From positions 1 to 64,000 of the IMG/VR virus record IMGVR_UViG_3300050014_001197: a DNA stretch of 64,000 bases; one strand, 5' to 3'. Position 1 is the first letter of the stretch. The number at the start of each line of letters is the position of its first letter. The notes beneath the pieces are model-generated. The model was not told the DNA's origin, searched no databases, and saw only the letters and a program-made list of their open reading frames with translations. The position numbers and the translations under genes were made by a program. Below, piece by piece: positions 35,275 to 43,331 of the stretch. The DNA is from a virus.

Positions 35275-35655
35275 ATGTCAACAAATCCAAAATTATTCGC
35301 AATAGCTGATACACTGTCAAAATTGACGGTGTTAGAAGCAAAAAAATTTATAGATATTCTCGAAATAGAATATGGAATTCTCCCAAATATGCCTACTTTA
35401 TTTAATGGTACAATGCCCATTGAAGAAGTCCCTGAAGTTGAACAAACTGAATTTAATGTTTACTTAAAAGAAATAGGTGGACAAAAATTACAGGTTATCA
35501 AAAAAGTCAAAGAGATAATAGGATTAGGTCTTAAAGAATCCAAAGAATTAGTAGATTCTGCTCCTTGTCTTTTAAAAGAAAGGGTCATGAAAGTGGAAGC
35601 AGAAACTCTTAGAGCCGAACTCCAAAATTTAGGAGCAGTAGTTGAAGTGAGATGA
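35275..35655 (+). CDS. rplL: ribosomal protein bL12 (L7/L12) homolog
   Basis: N-terminal LTVLEAKKFIDILEIEYGI. C-terminal domain FNVYLKEIGGQKLQVIKKVKEIIGLGLKESKELVDSAP ... KVEAETLRAELQNLGAVVEV aligns with the L7/L12 CTD. Confidence 0.7.
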   Translation: MSTNPKLFAIADTLSKLTVLEAKKFIDILEIEYGILPNMPTLFNGTMPIEEVPEVEQTEFNVYLKEIGGQKLQVIKKVKEIIGLGLKESKELVDSAPCLLKERVMKVEAETLRAELQNLGAVVEVR

Positions 35656-36020
35656 AGTGGAAAAACCTCATATTGGCATTAAAAGATCAAGGTCCATTTA
35701 AAAGAGCTTTTAGAAATTTTATTATTACTGGAAATGCATGGGGTTTATTTTCGATTAACTCTCATATTCGCCAGGACACTCAGAAACCGAAAGTGATGTA
35801 TAATACTCAAGAAACAGCTGCAAAATCAGCTATAAGTTTGGGTGCAAAAAATGGCAAGCATTTCAGTTATTATAAATGTGCTTATTGCGATGGCTATCAC
35901 ATAGGTAAAAACAGAGATAACAAAAATAAAACGGATTTATGCAAAACATGCATTCATATAGAGAAAAAAAATGATTGTTTGAATTGTAAAAATAATTCTA
36001 ATGAACATCCAAACGAATAA
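35652..36020 (+). CDS. hypothetical Cys-rich protein
   Basis: 122-aa ORF. Confidence 0.4.
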   Translation: MKWKNLILALKDQGPFKRAFRNFIITGNAWGLFSINSHIRQDTQKPKVMYNTQETAAKSAISLGAKNGKHFSYYKCAYCDGYHIGKNRDNKNKTDLCKTCIHIEKKNDCLNCKNNSNEHPNE

Positions 36021-36022
36021 AA

Positions 36023-36640
36023 ATGAAACCTCCTGCTATATTAGTCGTCTCAGATATTCATATTGGAATTGCAGAATCTCATGTAGCGAAATTGATTGAA
36101 TTTTTAGAAAAGACGAAATTTGATACCATAATTTTTAATGGAGATATTTTTGATATTCTTACATGGCTTAGGCATTCACCCACTTGCTTTAAGGAACATT
36201 GGCCTTATATTAAGAAAATAATGAAATTGATTAAAGGGAAAAAAGCTTATTATTTACCAGGAAATCACGATCGATATAGCTGGTTATTATTACCATTTAG
36301 TCTATTTTTAGGAATTAAAATCAGACAAAGGGTAAGATATAAAAATTGCATAATTGAACATGGAGATGCAATTGAACTTTATTTAAAAATCAGAAGGCTT
36401 TTTAACAAAGATATTATTATTTATACGGATCCAGGAGAAAGTGGAGAGGAAGATTTTCATCAAAATTGCATGGAATTTGCCAAAATTAAAAACAAAATTT
36501 TAGTAGTAGGTCATTCTCATGTTAAGAGAGAAGAAGATTATTTATTTTATGATGAGGGGGATTGGGTAAAAAATGATTCTTATCTCACCATAGAAGGGAA
36601 ATATGGAAATTATATTCAATTAAAAAATTATATAGAATGA
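36023..36640 (+). CDS. calcineurin-like metallophosphoesterase
   Basis: VSDIHIG ... NGDIFD ... GNHD motifs. Confidence 0.7.
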   Translation: MKPPAILVVSDIHIGIAESHVAKLIEFLEKTKFDTIIFNGDIFDILTWLRHSPTCFKEHWPYIKKIMKLIKGKKAYYLPGNHDRYSWLLLPFSLFLGIKIRQRVRYKNCIIEHGDAIELYLKIRRLFNKDIIIYTDPGESGEEDFHQNCMEFAKIKNKILVVGHSHVKREEDYLFYDEGDWVKNDSYLTIEGKYGNYIQLKNYIE

Positions 36641-36825
36641 AATATACAATTGAAAAGATGAAAAATCAGGATGTTGATGGTTTATCAGCATATGCTTTTT
36701 TGGATAAATCTGGAAATTGTATCATCATTGTTTATGGCGAAGGAAGAAGAGATTTGATGTCAAAATATTTAGACAGTAATACAGATCCATTACATTTGAA
36801 ATACAGTATTATTAATTTAGAATAA
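36637..36825 (+). CDS. hypothetical protein
   Basis: 62-aa ORF. Confidence 0.3.
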   Translation: MKYTIEKMKNQDVDGLSAYAFLDKSGNCIIIVYGEGRRDLMSKYLDSNTDPLHLKYSIINLE

Positions 36826-36828
36826 AAA

Positions 36829-37071
36829 ATGGGATTTCAATCAGGTCGATCGGGAGGTATTGGAACAGGCAGAATTGCTCTTAACCCACAAAATTGTCAA
36901 AAAGTTACAAGAAAAATGGTATTGGATGCAGCTCAAAAAAGAGGGATTAAAATAAAACGAGAGGGACAAGGAATGTGGTCTCATTTTAGAGAATTAGAAA
37001 ATACTTGGTATAATCTGGGCCAAACTAATTTTTTAGCATGGCATAGAATGATTAATGAAGAATTTAAATGA
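36829..37071 (+). CDS. hypothetical protein
   Basis: 80-aa ORF. Confidence 0.35.
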   Translation: MGFQSGRSGGIGTGRIALNPQNCQKVTRKMVLDAAQKRGIKIKREGQGMWSHFRELENTWYNLGQTNFLAWHRMINEEFK

Positions 37072-37697
37072 AACATTATCACACCATAGAAAAAAACATA
37101 GAGGATTATCTCGGACAACACGTATTTGGATTTAATAAGTATGATGGATCAAATTTTTGTGCGGAATGGAATAAAAAGCTGTCAAAAAAGAGCAGATTTA
37201 CATATGGATTTGGTAAATTTGGAACTAGGACACAAATGATTAAAAATAAGGAGAATCCATACGTAGAAGCAGTTAATATCTTCATGGATGATTATTCAGA
37301 ATCTTTAGATAAGATCTTTTGCGAAAATAAGATATTCAGAGGGATAGATTATATTACAGTCTATGGAGAATTTTTTGGGGAGCATTCATTTGCTGGACAA
37401 CATGACTGGAAAGAGGATCACGATGTAGTTATTTTTGATATGTTCCTTTATAAAAAGGATTTTTTAAAGCCAAGGGATTTTGTGGATTTATTTGGACATT
37501 TAAAAATACCTACACTAGTATATCAGGGATTGCTAGACGAAACAGTTATATATGATATACGTCAAAATTTAACCTTAAAAGAAGGAGTTGTTTTTAAAGG
37601 AGTATTAGAAAATAAGGTTTTTATGGCAAAACTTAAAACTGATGTCTGGCTAAAAAGAGTAAGAGCACTTTATGGAGAAAACAATAATATAGAATAA
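37068..37697 (+). CDS. RNA ligase (Rnl2-like nucleotidyltransferase domain)
   Basis: Motif I KYDGSN, motif III ITVYGEFFGE, motif IV EGVVFKG, motif V FMAKLKTDVWLKR. Confidence 0.6.
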   Translation: MKHYHTIEKNIEDYLGQHVFGFNKYDGSNFCAEWNKKLSKKSRFTYGFGKFGTRTQMIKNKENPYVEAVNIFMDDYSESLDKIFCENKIFRGIDYITVYGEFFGEHSFAGQHDWKEDHDVVIFDMFLYKKDFLKPRDFVDLFGHLKIPTLVYQGLLDETVIYDIRQNLTLKEGVVFKGVLENKVFMAKLKTDVWLKRVRALYGENNNIE

Positions 37698-37698
37698 A

Positions 37699-37920
37699 AT
37701 GGATTCTGATAAAAGATTATTACTATGGTATTTAGGCGGATTTAATGATGAATTAAGCGGTGAGGCTGAGAAAAAAATCCAAACAGAAACATTTCAATTA
37801 TGTTTATCCTCAGAACTAAAACATGCATATTCTATGGGAAGAACTGCTGCTTTATTAGGCGATGATAATCCAAATCTTTATATGTCTGATGAGGAGATTT
37901 TAAAAAGTATAAAAGAATGA
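37699..37920 (+). CDS. hypothetical protein
   Basis: 73-aa ORF. Confidence 0.35.
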   Translation: MDSDKRLLLWYLGGFNDELSGEAEKKIQTETFQLCLSSELKHAYSMGRTAALLGDDNPNLYMSDEEILKSIKE

Positions 37921-38105
37921 AAACCAAGAATTATAACCAAAAAAGAAAGGATCTTAAAAAATTTAAAAAGGTTGCCGAAGAAAGAGGATTCGAGGATTCT
38001 AGGCATAGAAAAGCATTTAAGGAGGATATAAAAAAATCTTTTCGTTCTCTTAAGAGAAGTGAAAATCAAATCATTGAAAAACAAATAGAAGAAGAATTAG
38101 AATAA
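37917..38105 (+). CDS. hypothetical basic protein
   Basis: 62-aa ORF. Confidence 0.3.
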   Translation: MKTKNYNQKRKDLKKFKKVAEERGFEDSRHRKAFKEDIKKSFRSLKRSENQIIEKQIEEELE

Positions 38106-38107
38106 AC

Positions 38108-38183
38108 GCGTCGGTATCGCGCCTCGCTACGAACGAGGAGAAGCGTAATTGGACACATGAGGGTTCGAATCCCTTTCGACGTT
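38108..38183 (+). tRNA. atypical tRNA-like element with anticodon arm ACG (Arg-like), no normal D-arm, 20-nt variable region
   Basis: Acceptor gcgtcgg/tcgacgt (GU at both ends). Perfect anticodon arm cctcg-cuACGaa-cgagg. Canonical T-arm gaggg-ttcgaat-ccctt. Only 7 nt lie between the acceptor and the anticodon stem. Confidence 0.3.
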
Positions 38184-38184
38184 C

Positions 38185-38290
38185 TAAATGTGGAGCACTT
38201 GAAAAAACTGCAATGCGGCTGCGACCCGCACATTAATCTCAACCCGTATTCGAGGCAGGAGTGCCTTGCGGAAGTCCCACATTTTTAAAA
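38185..38290 (+). ncRNA. structured ORF-free element closed by atgtgg/ccacat and followed by TTTTT
   Basis: Inner hairpins tgcgg-ctgcgac-ccgca and aggca-ggag-tgcct. No T-loop consensus, so it is not a tRNA. Confidence 0.25.
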
Positions 38291-38292
38291 TT

Positions 38293-38365
38293 GCGATAGT
38301 AGCTCAGTTGGTAGAGTAGGATTTTGCCAAGATTCAGGTCGTGGGTTCGAGTCCCATCTATCGCT
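38293..38365 (+). tRNA. tRNA-Gly (GCC)
   Basis: Acceptor gcgatag/ctatcgc, D-arm gctc-agttggta-gagt, anticodon loop uuGCCaa, T-arm gtggg-ttcgagt-cccat. Confidence 0.65.
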
Positions 38366-38383
38366 CTAAGAGAGGAAAATTAA

Positions 38384-38456
38384 GCAGGTGGCGCACCACG
38401 GCGAGTGTTCCAGCCTTCCAAGCTGGCTATAGTGGGTTCGACTCCCATCATCTGCT
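38384..38456 (+). tRNA. tRNA-Gly (UCC)
   Basis: Acceptor gcaggtg/catctgc, D-arm gcac-cacggcga-gtgt, anticodon arm ccagc-cuUCCaa-gctgg, T-arm gtggg-ttcgact-cccat. Confidence 0.65.
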
Positions 38457-38492
38457 CTAAAAATAGCAGAATGGATAGCATAAAAATGAATA

Positions 38493-38500
38493 TATAAATA
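38493..38500 (+). promoter_or_regulatory. late-like promoter box TATAAATA
   Basis: gaatatataaataaa, 10 nt upstream of ATG 38511. Confidence 0.3.
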
Positions 38501-38510
38501 AAATATATTC

Positions 38511-39257
38511 ATGAAAAGAAATAAAATAAAATGTGAAAAATGTGGAGGCCAAGTTTCTAGGAGTAATTATTTAAGACATCTAAATTGCTGTAATGGAATA
38601 GAAAAACAACAATTTGAAAAATTAGAAAAATGCCCATATTGTAATAAAGATATTTTTGATATTTCTGGGGGAAATCATATAAGATGGTGTGAAAAAAATC
38701 CCAATAGAGGATTAACACATACAGGAGGGGGATGGAATAAAGGTTTAAATAAAGATAATAGTAAAAGTATTTACAAACAAGCTGAATCCCTTAAAAAATG
38801 TTATAATGAAGGTAATTTTAAATTTAATTTTAGCCATCAAAAAAGAAATCCACTATCAGAAAAACACAAATTAAAAATTAAAAATTATCAATTAAATAAG
38901 GTACTTTCAGGAACTCATAAAGGATGGTCTCATATAAATTTAGATAAAAATCGAAGAAGTTATCCGGAAAAATGGTTTATAGAAAACATATTGGAAAAAT
39001 ATGATTTATTTTCAAAATATACAATTAAGGAAAAAATGTCTATTGGTAAATATTTTTTTGATTTTGCTTTTTTAGAACTTAACTTGGATTTAGAAATAGA
39101 TGGAAATCAGCATTATCTGGATAAAGGAATCAAACATGATATAAAAAGAGATGAATATTCAAAATCAAAAGGATGGAAAGTTTATAGAATAAGTTGGAAA
39201 AAAATTAAACAAAATAACTGGAACGAAATAAATGAATTTTTAAAAATGGTCCTGTAA
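38511..39257 (+). CDS. homing endonuclease-like protein (zinc-ribbon N-terminus + DUF559/Vsr-like PD-(D/E)xK C-terminus)
   Basis: CEKCGG ... CPYCNK zinc ribbons. C-terminal FDFAFLELNLDLEIDGNQHYLDKGIKHDIKRDEYSKSKGWKVYRISW resembles DUF559. The 3' end overlaps tRNA-Arg by 10 nt. Confidence 0.55.
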   Translation: MKRNKIKCEKCGGQVSRSNYLRHLNCCNGIEKQQFEKLEKCPYCNKDIFDISGGNHIRWCEKNPNRGLTHTGGGWNKGLNKDNSKSIYKQAESLKKCYNEGNFKFNFSHQKRNPLSEKHKLKIKNYQLNKVLSGTHKGWSHINLDKNRRSYPEKWFIENILEKYDLFSKYTIKEKMSIGKYFFDFAFLELNLDLEIDGNQHYLDKGIKHDIKRDEYSKSKGWKVYRISWKKIKQNNWNEINEFLKMVL

Positions 39258-39320
39258 CTCAGCGAATAGAGTGCATCGCTTCGGACGATGAGGTCGGGGG
39301 TTTGAATCCCTCCAGGATCA
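39248..39320 (+). tRNA. tRNA-Arg (UCG)
   Basis: Acceptor ggtcctg/caggatc, D-arm actc-agcgaata-gagt, anticodon arm catcg-cuUCGga-cgatg, T-arm ggggg-tttgaat-ccctc. Starts inside the last codons of the preceding CDS. Confidence 0.6.
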
Positions 39321-39328
39321 CTAAATTA

Positions 39329-39353
39329 TCCCGGGTTCGAATCCTGCCAGGGG
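39329..39353 (+). repeat. degenerate copy of a tRNA 3' end (T-loop + acceptor strand)
   Basis: tcccgggttcgaatcctgccagggg resembles the 3' end of tRNA-Arg (gggggtttgaatccctccaggatc). There is no matching 5' half. Confidence 0.35.
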
Positions 39354-39368
39354 TACAATGCTTTTTGA

Positions 39369-39378
39369 ATATATAAAA
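39369..39378 (+). promoter_or_regulatory. late-like promoter box (aatatataaa)
   Basis: 15 nt upstream of ATG 39393. Confidence 0.25.
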
Positions 39379-39392
39379 CAAATACTTTCAGC

Positions 39393-39602
39393 ATGTCAGA
39401 ACCAATTTATGATAATCCTTTCAAAAAAAAACTCCTTCGACAAATGGGCTTCGACAAAGAAGTTACAAGAGCTGAAGCCAGACTTTGTCCCTTTTGTGGG
39501 ATGCCAGTAAATGATGAAGATTTTCGCGATGCCATATCAAGAAAAGAATCCCGAATAAGTGGTTTGTGCCAGCATTGTCAGGATGAAGTTTTTGGCGGAT
39601 AA
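39393..39602 (+). CDS. hypothetical zinc-ribbon protein
   Basis: 69 aa, CPFCG ... CQHC. Confidence 0.4.
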   Translation: MSEPIYDNPFKKKLLRQMGFDKEVTRAEARLCPFCGMPVNDEDFRDAISRKESRISGLCQHCQDEVFGG

Positions 39603-39617
39603 AAATTGAAGTAACTA

Positions 39618-39634
39618 TTGAATCCCGCCAGGGA
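39618..39634 (+). repeat. second degenerate tRNA 3'-end copy
   Basis: ttgaatcccgccaggga. Together with 39329 it flanks ORF 39393..39602. Confidence 0.3.
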
Positions 39635-39717
39635 CATCACAGATCTATGTTAACATTTTAAATTTATGAAAAAATTACTATATGGTCATTAGGTTTAATT
39701 AACCTAAATTTGACCAA

Positions 39718-39924
39718 ATGACAAGAGGAATCGAAACAACAAACCATCGCAGAGAGTATCACATTTTATTTTTAAAAAAATGGAATGATCCTTATAGTGA
39801 TGAAGGAGTAAATTTTTATCCCAAGTATAAAAGAGGATATAAGAATCCGCATAAACAAATTTATGCATATCAGCGAAGAATGTATAGAACTTGGAAGTAC
39901 AATCGAAAAAGACAATGGAAATAA
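39718..39924 (+). CDS. hypothetical basic protein
   Basis: 68 aa. C-terminus TWKYNRKRQWK is duplicated, as a fragment at 42706..42750 and in paralog 42797..43000. Confidence 0.4.
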   Translation: MTRGIETTNHRREYHILFLKKWNDPYSDEGVNFYPKYKRGYKNPHKQIYAYQRRMYRTWKYNRKRQWK

Positions 39925-40104
39925 AAATAATAAAAAGCTTCCTCTGCTTAATTTATACAAGTAGATTTCGCAAAAGCAAAATACATAAAACCTATTTACA
40001 ATATATTAGACATGCATGGAGACTTGCTAAAGAAATAAATAACTAATGGAAAAATTAAATCATTTTGCTGCCCGTTTCCTTTTTAAATTGGATTTTTAAC
40101 CGAC

Positions 40105-40779
40105 TTAAGATAAGAGCGTTAGGATTTCGTTTGAATAAATTTCTTTATATGTTGAATTAATCGACCCTCTTATCTCTTTCATAGATAGCCCTGAATAATT
40201 TTTAAAATAATTTAAAATTTCGCGTTTAGTCGAATTCTCTTCGTTGAAGAGAATTTCACGATAATTTAACATATGAATGATTGTGTTACCAACTATAATA
40301 TCATTTATGTCTAATAATGATACATTTTTGAGTTTGTTTTTTATTTTTTTCGTTATGTTCTCAATTAAAACTTTATAATTTATAGAATCAACAGTATCAT
40401 CAGATAACTCGCCATTATAAATTACATTAATTTTTTTTTCATTATATGATTTAACGCTTTGATCCCTAAAATAATTTCTTACAATAGTTTGACAATAACT
40501 AAAGGCTTTAGTTTTTTTGCCTGATTTCGTGATGAGCTCAGGTTTAAAATTTGACATTTTATCAATCAAATGAGCTAACGCATCTTCTTCTAATTCATGC
40601 ATAGCAAAATTACCCAAATGAATTGGATATTTTCTAAGTATCGATTGAATCATTTGATTAAATGGCGCCTTAAGAATTTCGTTATAAATTTCATTTCTTT
40701 CTTCTGTGGAGTCTGAATTTATGAAATTAATAATGGCGGCTTCTTCAGTTTCTCCAAAATATGTGCCAGACATGATCAA
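40105..40779 (-). CDS. hypothetical protein (minus strand; possible sigma/HTH regulator)
   Basis: 224-aa ORF on the opposite strand inside the repeat-bounded cassette. C-terminal helix-turn-helix-like segment. Confidence 0.35.
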   Translation of the reverse strand: MIMSGTYFGETEEAAIINFINSDSTEERNEIYNEILKAPFNQMIQSILRKYPIHLGNFAMHELEEDALAHLIDKMSNFKPELITKSGKKTKAFSYCQTIVRNYFRDQSVKSYNEKKINVIYNGELSDDTVDSINYKVLIENITKKIKNKLKNVSLLDINDIIVGNTIIHMLNYREILFNEENSTKREILNYFKNYSGLSMKEIRGSINSTYKEIYSNEILTLLS

Positions 40780-40967
40780 GTAATAGATTTTTGCTCAAAC
40801 GTTCCGGTCCAATTCATATTCAAATTGTATGTATGCAGGCCCAATTTGATTAATTTTCTACATGCTTGTTGAATGTTGATTTCTTCATCATTTGCCACTT
40901 TCAAAACGCCGTCCTTGACGTTTTTGCAAATTTTAAAACTGTTAATTTTTTCCGTTAATTTTTCCAT
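40776..40967 (-). CDS. hypothetical protein (minus strand)
   Basis: 63-aa ORF. ATGA overlap with 40105..40779. Confidence 0.3.
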   Translation of the reverse strand: MEKLTEKINSFKICKNVKDGVLKVANDEEINIQQACRKLIKLGLHTYNLNMNWTGTFEQKSIT

Positions 40968-41056
40968 TAAAAGGTTTTATTTTATTTTCTTAAAACCTAA
41001 GATTGTTAGTTGTATTCAGTTAAAATATTTATTTAAGAAAACCTCATAAAATGGTC

Positions 41057-41086
41057 ATATATCCCTAAATATCCCTAAATATCCCC
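41057..41086. repeat. tandem direct repeat, 3 x (a)tatcccta(a)
   Basis: atatccctaaatatccctaaatatcccc, in the divergent intergenic region between the minus-strand operon and the plus-strand gene at 41213. Confidence 0.5.
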
Positions 41087-41212
41087 TTTTATTTCATAAT
41101 ATTTCTATTGAGTATGGTCTTTCATTAGTTTTAAAAGTATTTATTAGTGAATTAAGCATTGAAGTTGACGTCACTAAAATGTATTAATTCTAATTAAAAT
41201 AATTTAAAAATT

Positions 41213-41953
41213 ATGGCAGAATATCCTTATGACAGTTTTTGCGCCCTTTCACACGAAATTGGAGATTACGGTGCACGTAACTTAACAGCAACAGGGGATG
41301 CACAATGTGCAATTGTTGATAGAATGGGCACTTATGCTCAGGACAACTTCAAAAATCAATCAGATATCGCTGGTAGAGCATCCGCAGAATTCAATGTTTC
41401 TCAGGCTCTTCAAACTAAAGCCTTAACTGACCAATCATCAACAGACGCTTTGAACAATGCAATTGGAATAAAAGCATTGACCGACCAAGCATCTGCAACC
41501 CTTGCTCAAATGACATCTTTTGAACGTGATACTAATAACAGGATTCACGAAAATCGTTGGTTAACTACTAAAGAAATACATGACCAAGCTGACTTAGTAT
41601 CTTCAAAAGCTGCTGATTCATTCATTGACATCAAAAATCAACTTCGTGGTATTGAACTTGCACAGGCAACACAGTTTGGCGAGCTTAAATACGAAGGCTT
41701 GAAAGGCACAACTACAATCCTTGAAAAATTAGGTGCTGACAAGTACGACAATATGAAAGATAAGATCGATGCATTAAGAGAAGAATGTGAAAGAGGAAAA
41801 TGGAACTTGGGTTTAGCTCTTCAGAACGCTGAAATTTCAAGCATGAAAAACATGATCAACTCAGTTGACCAAAACCAGAGATTTACATCTAAAACCGTAC
41901 AGTTTGGCGCTGGTAACGTAGCAACTCCTACACAAACCGCAAACCAAGCTTAA
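41213..41953 (+). CDS. hypothetical protein (compositionally distinct, GC-richer)
   Basis: 246-aa ORF, Ala/Thr/Gln-rich, with noticeably different codon usage from the surrounding genes. Confidence 0.45.
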   Translation: MAEYPYDSFCALSHEIGDYGARNLTATGDAQCAIVDRMGTYAQDNFKNQSDIAGRASAEFNVSQALQTKALTDQSSTDALNNAIGIKALTDQASATLAQMTSFERDTNNRIHENRWLTTKEIHDQADLVSSKAADSFIDIKNQLRGIELAQATQFGELKYEGLKGTTTILEKLGADKYDNMKDKIDALREECERGKWNLGLALQNAEISSMKNMINSVDQNQRFTSKTVQFGAGNVATPTQTANQA

Positions 41954-41986
41954 TGATGAAAACGCGTTAAGCGATGTAAGGCTATC

Positions 41987-42529
41987 TTGGCGATAACCGA
42001 TGTATTCTATATGAAATCTATTGCTCCCACAGAAAAATTAAATCCCACCCTATTGGTTCAGCTATGCAGCAAATACGAAATAGATATAGTCTTTGTTATT
42101 GCTCAAGCAATCTTAGAATCCCATATAGGAACAAAAGGAAAAGCAGTACAAACAAATTCCGTTTGGAATGTAGGAACATTTGATGATGGAATGATTCATT
42201 ATAGATATTCCCATCCTAACAAATCTATAGAGCCTTATCTTAAATTAGTAAAAGAGAGATATTTAATTAAGGTAACTGCTCAAGGTGATACTCTCCATAG
42301 AGAAATAGGAAACTTAATATCCGATAGAGGATATGTTAATTATGAGGGAAAAAGATATGCCACAAGTCCTGTATACGAAAATCTTTTGAGACATTGGATT
42401 ATTAGAGTTCAAATGGATTCTAAAATTAAATTATATCAAGATATTAAAACAATGACGGATGAAGATATATTAGGATTTTTTATTCCTCAAGAAGAACAAA
42501 AAGACAGTTTATTACTGGCGAATTTATAA
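41987..42529 (+). CDS. peptidoglycan hydrolase, glucosaminidase (FlgJ-like) domain
   Basis: IAQAILESHIGTKGKAVQTNSVWNVG resembles the AQAALESGWG ... NNLFGIK signature. Confidence 0.5.
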   Translation: MAITDVFYMKSIAPTEKLNPTLLVQLCSKYEIDIVFVIAQAILESHIGTKGKAVQTNSVWNVGTFDDGMIHYRYSHPNKSIEPYLKLVKERYLIKVTAQGDTLHREIGNLISDRGYVNYEGKRYATSPVYENLLRHWIIRVQMDSKIKLYQDIKTMTDEDILGFFIPQEEQKDSLLLANL

Positions 42530-42549
42530 TTATTTTTGATGTAGTCTTA

Positions 42550-42576
42550 AAAACCCCCTTAGGTGGGGGTTTTTTG
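42550..42576 (+). terminator. rho-independent terminator
   Basis: aaccccc-ttaggt-gggggtt + TTTT. Confidence 0.75.
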
Positions 42577-42705
42577 TGAATAAATAGTAAAATAACTTTT
42601 TATGTATATGGTAATTCAAAAATATAAATTTAATCTTCAGAGAAGTCCTGCAGATAAAAGAGACTTTTTATTAAGTACAATACGTCATTCTCTATGAAAC
42701 TATAA

Positions 42706-42750
42706 GACTTGGAAATATAACAGAAAAACACAATGGAAAAATTAAATCAT
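42706..42750 (+). pseudogene. duplicated 3' fragment of the basic-protein gene 39718..39924
   Basis: Translates as TWKYNRKTQWKN*. The DNA cttggaaatataacagaaaaacacaatggaaa resembles 39884..39920. Forms the right-hand direct repeat of the 40.0-42.7 kb cassette. Confidence 0.4.
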
Positions 42751-42796
42751 CTTGCAGCTATATTTTGGTTCCTCTAGAGAACTAAAATAATAGTAT

Positions 42797-43000
42797 ATGA
42801 GAAATTTTGAAGAAAAACGTAAAACTAAAAGCAATTCTGTTTATAGAAGAGCTGTAATCTATCTGCATTTAGGTTGTCCTATTTGCGAACCGCACAAAGG
42901 ATGTAATGCCGAAAGAAATAATCCATGGAAATCATGGAAATATAAATTTAAAAAAAGAAAACAATGGATGTATCAAAAATTACAAAAGAAGAATTCTTAG
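42797..43000 (+). CDS. hypothetical basic protein (paralog of 39718..39924)
   Basis: C-terminal SWKYKFKKRKQW. Confidence 0.4.
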   Translation: MRNFEEKRKTKSNSVYRRAVIYLHLGCPICEPHKGCNAERNNPWKSWKYKFKKRKQWMYQKLQKKNS

Positions 43001-43329
43001 CAGTTTATAATAAACATTTACCTAGTAAGTGGACTAAATTTGTTTTTAAGTATTTTTCGACCAATAGTCTTAGAGAGGATCTTTGGTTAAGAAAAATTTT
43101 ACAGGGGATTCTTATAGGACTCTTTTTATTGGGGTTTTTAGGAGCTATGTTTAATCTCTATAAACCCTATATGCAGATCAATACTCTTACTTTTACAGGA
43201 ATTCTAGTTCTTATAGGTTTAACTATGGCAAGTGGAGCAATCTTAAATAATATAAGAATAAGAAAGATTAGGAAAGAACTAGGTATTACAAAAGCAGAAT
43301 ATGATATGCTAGTTTCTTTATATCTATAA
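42964..43329 (+). CDS. hypothetical membrane protein
   Basis: 121 aa, 2-3 TM helices. Confidence 0.4.
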   Translation: MDVSKITKEEFLAVYNKHLPSKWTKFVFKYFSTNSLREDLWLRKILQGILIGLFLLGFLGAMFNLYKPYMQINTLTFTGILVLIGLTMASGAILNNIRIRKIRKELGITKAEYDMLVSLYL

Positions 43330-43331
43330 AT

